In this document: piece after piece, positions 53,201 through 60,469 of the stretch | Numbering within the stretch: the stretch's first letter is position 1 | Layout: every line of letters starts with the position of its first letter | DNA from: Alphaproteobacteria bacterium | GTDB lineage: Bacteria; Pseudomonadota; Alphaproteobacteria; Rs-D84 | Length of the DNA stretch: 64,000 nt | Direction: 5' to 3' | Assembly (NCBI GenBank): GCA_017443235.1 | Contig: JAFSOV010000014.1 | Coordinates: 1,867-65,866, forward strand | Position numbers and translations under genes: made by a program | Notes under the pieces: generated by a model | Database searches by the model: none | What the model was told of the DNA's origin: nothing | Seen by the model: only the letters and a program-made list of their open reading frames with translations

Positions 53201-53655
53201 CAAATGTGAATTCTTATTCGCATCGGCGAACCAAGACCGGTAAAGAAATGATAACCATAAATGCATCCGATGGGTTCGGTAATATTGATGCGGTTGCGTT
53301 TGGTGATGCGGTGGCAAATTTGACCGGGGTTTTGGCCACGGAAACCGAGGTTGTAATTTCTGGTCGCCTGTCCAATCGTGATGACCGGGTATCCGTCTTT
53401 GTTGATTCAATAATACCCTTGGCGCAATGGGTGGCGGGAATCGCGAAAAAGATTACATTAGATATTCGGGTGCAATCTGTGTTGGCGGATGTGAAAAAGG
53501 CTTTAAGTACCCTGGGCGCCGGGAAAACCAAGGTTGCATTAAACCTGTATTCGGGCGGCAAGAAAACAACCGTGGAATTACGTGGCGGATTAGAGTTGGG
53601 CAAAAACACCATAAAAGATTTTACAGGATTGGGTATAAAGGTGGAAATAGAATGA
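50248..53655 (+). CDS. dnaE: DNA polymerase III alpha subunit
   Basis: PHP-domain start FIHLRTHS, polymerase core (GRGSGAGSIVAWSLGIT, PDFDVDF) and a C-terminal OB region. Start set at MKGTFIHL. Confidence 0.95.
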   Translation: MKGTFIHLRTHSRLSIGASTIEVKKIPKLCLENNMFACALTDTNMMSGCAEFSDVMPSAGIQPIIGVEITLNHHTADPKMLRTSSLSKVVLLAQNHDGYLNLCELSRVMYMRGENHHLGPYITLDELESHSGGVICLSGAHTGPIGMAVLNAQDNLARNYAERFVQIFGDRFYIEIQRHGLDAEIKTEPAFLEIAKSLNIPIVATNDVCFAGAADYEAADALSCVLNQTKVIDPDRPRKSSEQYFKNSTEMIDIFADLPEAIENTVNVARRCAFLVNVHEKPLLPRFGDNFDDECKMLRDNTMNGLTERLKQHNINDTAPYFEQANYELDVIIGMGFPGYFLIVADYIDWCRKHDILTGPGRGSGAGSIVAWSLGITHVNPLKYGLLFERFLNPDRISMPDFDVDFEPSGIEQVLAYICDKYGHDSVCRIITFGSLQARGAIRDVGRVYGIPYSKSDRLSKMIPMEAKKLKDAVDTSREIQNVLNTDEDMAKVVSIAEELEGSFRNLGQHACGVVIGDRPTTKIAPVYRDPANPLPSCQFDGHYLESAGLIKFDFLGLETLVVLKYATKLIQKTHQQNINLDDIPTDDEKTLALWQSGMTEGIFQFDAPFVQQTLKKMHPTSFLEISALNALNRPGPIAFIPQFIARMHGEEEIEYVHPRAEPILKETYGIIVYQEQVMQLTRALAGFTRGESDTVRKAMGKKKLDLLAKLEVKFLDGCKKEGTLDEAAAKDLWEKFKEFAKYAFNKSHAIAYSIVANQCAYLKAHFPAEFLAASMSSNMNDTDQLALFVDDAKSNFGIQIVAPDINKSESLFTVDGGKIIYALAAIKGVGVAATDAIIAERAKGKFKNITDFAKRCAPIINKRVLEAFAKVGVLDSINPNRAEIFMNADMILSYAAKSKESANMLSLFANTVEDDVAEDRLAKNLVKTTPWTFGQKLENELSALGFYISAHPLDQYKHLISRARLATSTKLAEMPDRANVRIAANVNSYSHRRTKTGKEMITINASDGFGNIDAVAFGDAVANLTGVLATETEVVISGRLSNRDDRVSVFVDSIIPLAQWVAGIAKKITLDIRVQSVLADVKKALSTLGAGKTKVALNLYSGGKKTTVELRGGLELGKNTIKDFTGLGIKVEIE

Positions 53656-54500
53656 TGAAACATATACCTGTACTTTTGGATTCGGTTATGGATGCCTTGG
53701 GTGATATTCGTGGTGCGCATATTTTGGATGCAACGTTTGGTGCGGGTGGATACACGTGTGCATTTTTGAATGCCGGCGCATCGGTTGTGGCATTTGACCG
53801 CGACCCGAATGTAGCGGACGATGCGAAAATTATAAAACGCGAATTCGGTGAAAAATTTGAATTTGTGCCGCGACCTTTTTCGGCAATGGCGGAATTGACC
53901 GATAAATTTGATGCGATTGTTTTCGATTTGGGAATTTCTTCAATGCAAATTGATAATCCGGAACGTGGGTTTTCTTTTCGTGCCGATGCGCCGTTGGATA
54001 TGCGTATGTCGGGAAATGGGCCAACGGTTTGTGAAATGTTTGAACAATGGACGGTGGCTGATATAACAAAAATCCTGCGCGATTATGGTGATGTTAAACC
54101 GGCGGTGGCGATTGCGAATGCAATAAAACAAAAAATGCCCAAGACTACGTTTGAACTGCGTGATTTGATTCATAATCCACGTGATATTGCCCCAACCTTT
54201 CAGGCATTGCGTATTGCCGTAAATGATGAAATGGGCGAATTGCAACGCGCGTTGGCGGCGGTGCCGGGTTTATTAAAGATTGGCGGCAAATGCATTTGTG
54301 TGACCTTTCATTCATTGGAAGATAGAATTGTAAAAAATACTTTTCGTGATTGGACGACCGCGCCGGGTGACCCACGTATGCCGCAAACGGCGCAACCAAA
54401 ATTTGAATTAATGCGCGCGCAAACACCCACAAAACAAGAGGTTGAAAAAAATCCGCGTGCGCGCAGTGCGCATATGCGCGGTGTAAAAAAATCATGTTGA
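53652..54500 (+). CDS. rsmH: 16S rRNA (cytosine1402-N4)-methyltransferase
   Basis: MMKHIPVLL start with DATFGAGGY, DLGISSMQ and FHSLEDR motifs. Its ATG overlaps the dnaE TGA (ATGA). Confidence 0.92.
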   Translation: MMKHIPVLLDSVMDALGDIRGAHILDATFGAGGYTCAFLNAGASVVAFDRDPNVADDAKIIKREFGEKFEFVPRPFSAMAELTDKFDAIVFDLGISSMQIDNPERGFSFRADAPLDMRMSGNGPTVCEMFEQWTVADITKILRDYGDVKPAVAIANAIKQKMPKTTFELRDLIHNPRDIAPTFQALRIAVNDEMGELQRALAAVPGLLKIGGKCICVTFHSLEDRIVKNTFRDWTTAPGDPRMPQTAQPKFELMRAQTPTKQEVEKNPRARSAHMRGVKKSC

Positions 54501-54547
54501 CTAAATAAAACGATTTTTAATAGACTGATAAACAAAAAGGAAAGGAA

Positions 54548-55039
54548 ATGAAAAAACTGTTAGTTGGTTTAATGGGGATGTTTGCGGCGGGAAAATCTTT
54601 CGCAAACCCGGCCTGTGCGGTGTGCACGATTGCCATTGGTGCAACATTATCTATATCCAGAAAACTTGGGGTTTGTGATAATGCGGTTGCAATTTGGGTT
54701 GGCGCATTTTTGGTTTTGATGGGTTATTGGCTTATCAAATGGTTTGATAGGAAAAATTGGCATTTCTGGGGTCGCGATATCATTTTAATATTATTGTCTT
54801 TTTCAATGATTGCGGGGCTGTATATCAAGCATTTAACATATAATCAGTGTTATTGGATAATTGATGCGTTTTTGTTCTGGGCCATGGTTGGTGGGGCGAT
54901 TTATATTCTGTCGCAAAAGTTATATGAATTTATGAAACGTCGCAACAATAATCATGCACATTTTCCATTCGAGAAGGTTGTCTTGGCCTTGGTTATGTTA
55001 TTTATTGCCAGTTTTATTGTTGCCAAATTGGCCGCATAA
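54548..55039 (+). CDS. Small polytopic membrane protein, function unknown
   Basis: 163 aa with about 4 hydrophobic spans and an N-terminal CAVC motif. Confidence 0.6.
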   Translation: MKKLLVGLMGMFAAGKSFANPACAVCTIAIGATLSISRKLGVCDNAVAIWVGAFLVLMGYWLIKWFDRKNWHFWGRDIILILLSFSMIAGLYIKHLTYNQCYWIIDAFLFWAMVGGAIYILSQKLYEFMKRRNNNHAHFPFEKVVLALVMLFIASFIVAKLAA

Positions 55040-55057
55040 GTTAAAAGGAGAAAACAA

Positions 55058-55633
55058 ATGAAAAAAATGTCTTTGGAAGAAATGGTAAAAAAAGTTGATG
55101 AATCCAAAAAAGTGAATCCGTTGGATTTGTCTTCGGACCAAGATTTGTCGATTGCGTTGATGAACTTGGTGTCATTGGAAGAACATTTCTTTTTCAGTGG
55201 TGCAAAAACGAAACAGCCGGGATTTTACGATTTAATAAACGTTGTGCGAAATATGCGCAAAGAATTGATGGAACGTGTCGTTGATAAATCCGGCAAACAG
55301 GGTAACGAAGTTTGGTGTATATCAAAACATTTGTTGGCGGCATCTATGCGTCTGTACGAGGTTGGAACCAAGGCATTGGGCGCGGGAAATAAAAAAGACG
55401 CATACAAAATGTTTGAAAAGGCTTATGAGTTATATTCTCTGTTCTGGGGATTGAATATGAAAATGATAGACCTTAGTGGGGTTCAGGAAATGGAACCTGA
55501 ATTTTATGGCGCCGTTATGGACAAAGATGCGAAAAAATCAAAAGATGTAAAAAAAGAAATGGTTGAATCGCGCTCGGCCGTCCAGAAATTGGGCGATTGG
55601 GTCAAAAAAACGGTGAATTGCTGTATAGAATAA
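55058..55633 (+). CDS. Hypothetical helical protein
   Basis: 191 aa with RBS AAAGGAG, Lys/Glu-rich, ending in the C-terminal CC pair (NCCIE). No known motif. Confidence 0.6.
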   Translation: MKKMSLEEMVKKVDESKKVNPLDLSSDQDLSIALMNLVSLEEHFFFSGAKTKQPGFYDLINVVRNMRKELMERVVDKSGKQGNEVWCISKHLLAASMRLYEVGTKALGAGNKKDAYKMFEKAYELYSLFWGLNMKMIDLSGVQEMEPEFYGAVMDKDAKKSKDVKKEMVESRSAVQKLGDWVKKTVNCCIE

Positions 55634-55691
55634 AAAAACAGGTTGATTCAAATTTGGAATTTTTACTATAATCGCAATCGAAGGGAGTGAA

Positions 55692-58067
55692 GTGTTAAGG
55701 ACGAAAGAGATTTTTTCTTGGTTTTGTGCCTTTTTGGCAACGGTTTTTGTCGGTGTGTCCTATGCGGTCCAGGCGCCCAATCCGCGTGCGGTCGAATCGG
55801 AATCTGCACCGCGTCAGGTCAAGACCGATACCCAGTCGCGTCGTGCGACCGCGTCACCGACACGTATCCGCATAATTGGGCCGACGCGCGTAAATGCCAA
55901 TGGTGGGCGCAGTGCGACAACATTGACCGCCGTAAGGGTTGATGCCACGAATGCGCGTGCAAATTCTTCTACGCGCAGTGCGGTGCCGGCCGCGCGCGCG
56001 CGCAGTACCAAGTCCGGCACAACAAATGCGCGTGCGGGTGCAAAAGTTGCATCGGGCCCCAAAGGCGTGGCGCGCAGTGCGACCGCCCGTGCCACCGCGG
56101 TATATAATGATGTTAGCAAGATTGGTGGCGGATATGCCGAATGTCGCGAATCGTATGCAACGTGTATGGATCAAATGTGTGCAAACGCCAATGAAACATA
56201 TCGCCGGTGTTTTTGCAGTGACCGTTTCACAAAATTCCGTGATATAGAAAATTCTTTGGACCAGGCAATGATTCTGTTGCAACAATTCCAAGACAATAAC
56301 TTGAACGTGGTTGATAAAACCGCGGCCGAGGTCGAGGCGATGTATTCCCCGACCGTGGGTGAATTGGCAATTAAAAAAGACACCAGTGCCGCCGCCAAGG
56401 CGTTGGATGCAATCAATGATTTGTTGTCGGGGAAATCGTCTTCATCATATTCGTCTTCATCGGGTTCTTTGGGAATATTGGACTTGGATTTCACCACAGA
56501 TTTTGATGATATTTGGTCAAACGATGTTGGTTCCATATTTTCGTCCAGTGGTACAGATATGTCCACGTTGGAAGGCACGGCATTGTTTAACGCGGCACAA
56601 AATCAATGCGTGCGTTTAACCCAAAATAATTGCAGCAGTGACGCCATGTTTTCTATGTCGCGCAGTTCGTATAATATTTTGATAACCCAAGATTGCAATA
56701 TATATGAAAAGAATTTGAACAAGAAACGCGAAACCGTGGCCCAGGCCGTTCGTACGGCCGAAAAATACTTGCGCGAGGCACGTTTGGAAGAATATCGTTC
56801 GCATAATTCTGCGGACGTGAACGAATGTATTGCCAAGGTTCGTGATGCAATTTTGGCGGACACCGCGTGCGGTGCGAACTATAAACGTTGTTTGGACCCG
56901 ACCGGGGCATATATCAATGGTGCAACGGGTGAACCGATTTACAGTCCGCGGTTGTTCAAATTGGACGAAACAATCACGTTAAGCGGGGATGTTAGTGGCG
57001 ATGTGTTGCAACAAAACCCCAGTTATGATAAATATTTAGAAAATTATCGTAAATATGTGACGCGCGAATTGGATACATGTCGTGATATTGCGGATTTTGT
57101 TTGGACAGAATTCAAACGGAATGCGATTATCGAAATTGCCCAATCGCAAAGTGCAAAAATAGAAGAAGTGAAATCGTCCTGCGTTGATACGATGGCGGAA
57201 TGTTATGACACCCAAACAAACGCATTAAAGAATTTTGATAAAAACACGGCGACGACGGCCGCGGCGTTGGGTCGATATACCGCGCGCGATATGTGTCGTG
57301 AAAAGGTGGCAACCTGTGCCGCATTGTACGGTGGTGAAAATTGCCAATTTGACAGTCGGGGTAAATTAACAAATGCGGGTGCGTGCGGATTGACATCTTT
57401 GTTAAGTTATGTTGAAACCGTGGATTCTTTGAATGTTGTTGAAAAGTGTGAAACCGCCCTGCAAGAATATGTGACAAAACTGTGTACGCCCGATAATACC
57501 ACATATTCATATCCGTATAATTGTCGCAGTATGACATTCAGCGGCAGTGGCACCACCAATTTACGCGAAACGTTGGAAAATTTTGCGTTGCAGAATTGTC
57601 GTGACCCATTAAAAACAGGCGAAATAACAACCTATACCGAATTGGGTAACCAAATGCCCCAGATACGGGTACAGATTGATTCTTTGATTGCCGGGGTTCG
57701 TGACGCGTTAAGTTCATCTTTGGCCGAGGTTTGTAATGATTTGGGCGGTATGTGGGCACCACAGGTCGAACCCGGGGCTCAAGCTCAATATTTACAGTCT
57801 TTCTATAACACCGCATTTGGTGGGTATTTGCCCGACAATACGTCTGGGCGGCCCGCGGGTAAAGAGTATGGCCTTTGTTATGAAAACAGCGCGTATCTTG
57901 CGTGCCAAGAATACGAAAGATTGGGCGAAGAAAAAGATAAAAAATTCGCAGAATGGAACGAGGCAACCCAGACATGTGTGCTGTATGATGGATGGTATGA
58001 ATATAAATGCGCCGAATTGGGGACGGGATATTATATGGAAGGTGTATGTTACATCGTCGCAAATTGA
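55692..58067 (+). CDS. Large secreted Cys-rich protein; paralogue of 12011..14698
   Basis: GTG start after AAGGGAG. Signal peptide, an Arg/Thr/Ala-rich tract, then CRESYATCMDQMCANANETYRRCFCSDR. Conserved later blocks include ACGANYKRCLDP, QNPSYDKYLENY and DTCRDIADFVW. Confidence 0.82.
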   Translation: MLRTKEIFSWFCAFLATVFVGVSYAVQAPNPRAVESESAPRQVKTDTQSRRATASPTRIRIIGPTRVNANGGRSATTLTAVRVDATNARANSSTRSAVPAARARSTKSGTTNARAGAKVASGPKGVARSATARATAVYNDVSKIGGGYAECRESYATCMDQMCANANETYRRCFCSDRFTKFRDIENSLDQAMILLQQFQDNNLNVVDKTAAEVEAMYSPTVGELAIKKDTSAAAKALDAINDLLSGKSSSSYSSSSGSLGILDLDFTTDFDDIWSNDVGSIFSSSGTDMSTLEGTALFNAAQNQCVRLTQNNCSSDAMFSMSRSSYNILITQDCNIYEKNLNKKRETVAQAVRTAEKYLREARLEEYRSHNSADVNECIAKVRDAILADTACGANYKRCLDPTGAYINGATGEPIYSPRLFKLDETITLSGDVSGDVLQQNPSYDKYLENYRKYVTRELDTCRDIADFVWTEFKRNAIIEIAQSQSAKIEEVKSSCVDTMAECYDTQTNALKNFDKNTATTAAALGRYTARDMCREKVATCAALYGGENCQFDSRGKLTNAGACGLTSLLSYVETVDSLNVVEKCETALQEYVTKLCTPDNTTYSYPYNCRSMTFSGSGTTNLRETLENFALQNCRDPLKTGEITTYTELGNQMPQIRVQIDSLIAGVRDALSSSLAEVCNDLGGMWAPQVEPGAQAQYLQSFYNTAFGGYLPDNTSGRPAGKEYGLCYENSAYLACQEYERLGEEKDKKFAEWNEATQTCVLYDGWYEYKCAELGTGYYMEGVCYIVAN

Positions 58068-58101
58068 GAAAATGAATAAAACGAGCAAAAAAGGAAGGTA
58101 A

Positions 58102-59118
58102 ATGTTAAAAAACAAAATAATGGTAAGCGTGATTGCTGTGGCGGCTGGTTTTGGCCCCGCGTTTGGTGCGGCCAGTCTTAGAACCGGTGATCGCGCAGGC
58201 AGCCTTAGGGTGACACCCGCGGTGACAACGGTCAAGACGGGTGGGACGGGTACGGCAACGACCACGACGAATACCGCGACATCGCTGTCGGGTGGGCGTA
58301 TGGCGACTTTGCCGGGGCCAACCAACATCAGCACTAAACCCAAACTGCCATCGTCGGCATCGGCGGCATCGGTTGCGGATTTGAAAAATAAACTGGACCA
58401 ATTGGCCCAAGAAATCAGTGATTTGGCGAATGCCGGCGTTGACGAAGGTGCGGTTCGGGATATTATAGATTCTGAATTGGCCGGCAAAAATTATGCGACC
58501 GTCCCGTATGTTGATACGGCCGATAGCGCAAAATTAGACACGGATGAATTTGCCAATAAATTCGATACACGTGTGACGGAAAAACAGCTGGTTGATGAAA
58601 CCGCGTTGGCGGCCCATGCATATACCAAGCCCGAGGTTGATGGTATTGTTGCGGCGATAAAACCGTCTGCGGCGATAAGATATGATGAATCAACCGGGGA
58701 TTTGCAATATCAAGATTCCAATGATTCATGGACAACGTTTGCGAATAAGAGCGATTTCGCAGGCACGGATGGTAAAAACATCGAATTACAAAAAACGGAC
58801 AATGCTATTCAATGGCGTGTCAAGGGTTCAGGGGAAAATTGGCAGGATTTGGTTTCTTTGGACGAAATTACCGGTGCCACGGGCACGACCGGTGCGGATG
58901 CGTGTGAACCTAAATATTCGTCGGCAATCACCGCGGATGGCGATACGCGTGTCACGATAACCTGTGTGAATGATGATACCAAGGTTTTGGGTCAATACAC
59001 AGTGTCCAAGGGCGCGGATGGCGCAATCCCATGTCCGGGCGGCATAGAATTAGAACAAGATACGGCGTATTCTGGGGCGGATGGTGCCACCAAGTACGAT
59101 CTTGTCTGCAAGGAATAA
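58102..59118 (+). CDS. Secreted fibre-like protein with phage-tail-fibre-type motifs
   Basis: 338 aa with signal peptide and an Arg/Thr-rich tract. Contains a coiled-coil, YVDTADSAKLD, and the GTDGKNIELQKTDNAIQWRVKGSGENWQDLVSLDEITGATG motif. A Cys module follows, and the protein ends KYDLVCKE. Confidence 0.8.
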   Translation: MLKNKIMVSVIAVAAGFGPAFGAASLRTGDRAGSLRVTPAVTTVKTGGTGTATTTTNTATSLSGGRMATLPGPTNISTKPKLPSSASAASVADLKNKLDQLAQEISDLANAGVDEGAVRDIIDSELAGKNYATVPYVDTADSAKLDTDEFANKFDTRVTEKQLVDETALAAHAYTKPEVDGIVAAIKPSAAIRYDESTGDLQYQDSNDSWTTFANKSDFAGTDGKNIELQKTDNAIQWRVKGSGENWQDLVSLDEITGATGTTGADACEPKYSSAITADGDTRVTITCVNDDTKVLGQYTVSKGADGAIPCPGGIELEQDTAYSGADGATKYDLVCKE

Positions 59119-59162
59119 AAACAAATAAACAAACAATAATTTAGGAACAAAAGGAAGCAAAA

Positions 59163-60434
59163 ATGAAAACAAATAAAATAATCTTTTCTGGAATCTGTGC
59201 AACGGTTGCAATGTTGATTGGTGCAAATGCGCATGCAGATCGTGTCATCGGCAGCATCGTTGTGGAACGTGGTCCCCAGGGTGTGCCGGGTGTGGGTATT
59301 ACATATCGCGGTGAAGTCGCAGATTGTAACGAGTTGGCCGGCCTGACCGGTATGGTCCAAGGTGATGCATACTATAACCGTGAAGAAGGTTTGTTATATA
59401 TCTATAATGGTACATCGTTCCCGACATGCCCGGGCGGTGGTGTTCCGTTCAAGGGTGAACAGGGTGAACAAGGACCCCAAGGTGAACAAGGACCGGCCGG
59501 TCAAACATGCGCGATTACCGCAGAAACCGCCACTACAACCGTTGATGGCAAAGATGCGGTTAGAACGACCATGAAAAACAGTTGTACAAATGAAACAATT
59601 GGTTCGTTCACGGTGGCAAACGGTGCCGATGCCGAGGACCCATGTGTACCAACATTTACAACGGCGCACAATGCGGCAACACATAAAACGACCGCACAAT
59701 ATACATGTGGTTCAACCAGTCAATCATTTGAAATCCCGGATGGCGTTGGTGTTTGCGATGATGTTGCAAATGCGGCAACGGCGGTAAAAACATATACCAA
59801 GACATATACCGCGCCAACGGCGACCGCGGCGGGTTATGTGGCGTTACAACAAACGATGTGCGACGGTGGCACCAATACCACCAATTACCAGGATACGTGT
59901 ACGCCGATTATTTCATCCAACAAAGATATTTGCAGTGGCAACGGCGGGACATATATGGAATGCACACGCCAAGATACCGGTGCGGCGTATAATATCTGCA
60001 AGGCAATAACCACAGAAAACGCCAGTGCAATTTCTACGGCAATCAGCACTGCACAAACCGCGGCGGAAAATGCGGCCACTGCGGCAAGTGCGGCACAATC
60101 AACGGCGGACAATGCCCAATCAACCGCAAACACAACCGCGAACAAGGTTGATAATGAAAACACCGGGTTGGTGGCAACATACAGCTTGGCATCCCAGGCG
60201 AACACTGGTCTGGCCAACAAGTTGTCCAAAAACGTCACGTTCGCCGAAGAAACGGTCGATGGGGTGCTCTCATATGTATTAAAAGAAGGCAACACCACGG
60301 TCGCGGTTTTGGCCGCCAAAGAAGACCTGAAAGGTGACCCGGGTGACACGCCGTGCAGTGATATTCAGGTTGTAAAAAATACTTCTGCAAGTACAGAAGA
60401 GGCAGCGCAATATGATGTAATCTGTGTCGAGTAA
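59163..60434 (+). CDS. Secreted collagen-like / tail-fibre-like protein
   Basis: 423 aa with signal peptide, then ADRVIGSIVVERGPQGVPG and GDAYYNREEGLLYIYNGTSF. G-X-Y run GEQGEQGPQGEQGPAG, a Cys module, an Ala/Ser/Thr-rich stalk, ending QYDVICVE. Confidence 0.82.
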   Translation: MKTNKIIFSGICATVAMLIGANAHADRVIGSIVVERGPQGVPGVGITYRGEVADCNELAGLTGMVQGDAYYNREEGLLYIYNGTSFPTCPGGGVPFKGEQGEQGPQGEQGPAGQTCAITAETATTTVDGKDAVRTTMKNSCTNETIGSFTVANGADAEDPCVPTFTTAHNAATHKTTAQYTCGSTSQSFEIPDGVGVCDDVANAATAVKTYTKTYTAPTATAAGYVALQQTMCDGGTNTTNYQDTCTPIISSNKDICSGNGGTYMECTRQDTGAAYNICKAITTENASAISTAISTAQTAAENAATAASAAQSTADNAQSTANTTANKVDNENTGLVATYSLASQANTGLANKLSKNVTFAEETVDGVLSYVLKEGNTTVAVLAAKEDLKGDPGDTPCSDIQVVKNTSASTEEAAQYDVICVE

Positions 60435-60469
60435 GGAAAGGATTGTGAAATAAATAAAAAGGAAGTCAA

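Noticed and set aside
53427-53651. N-terminal 75-aa extension of the rsmH ORF in the track. Similar upstream extensions occur for tig (to 1466), rplM (to 3466), leuS (from 3497), lpxB (from 10748), tolR (from 34600), dnaE (from 50212), the kinase (to 30489) and the peptidase (to 21133).
   Set aside because: The extensions overlap upstream genes or lack homology-like sequence. Internal ATGs that line up with conserved protein N-termini, several of them preceded by a purine-rich RBS-like stretch, fit far better.
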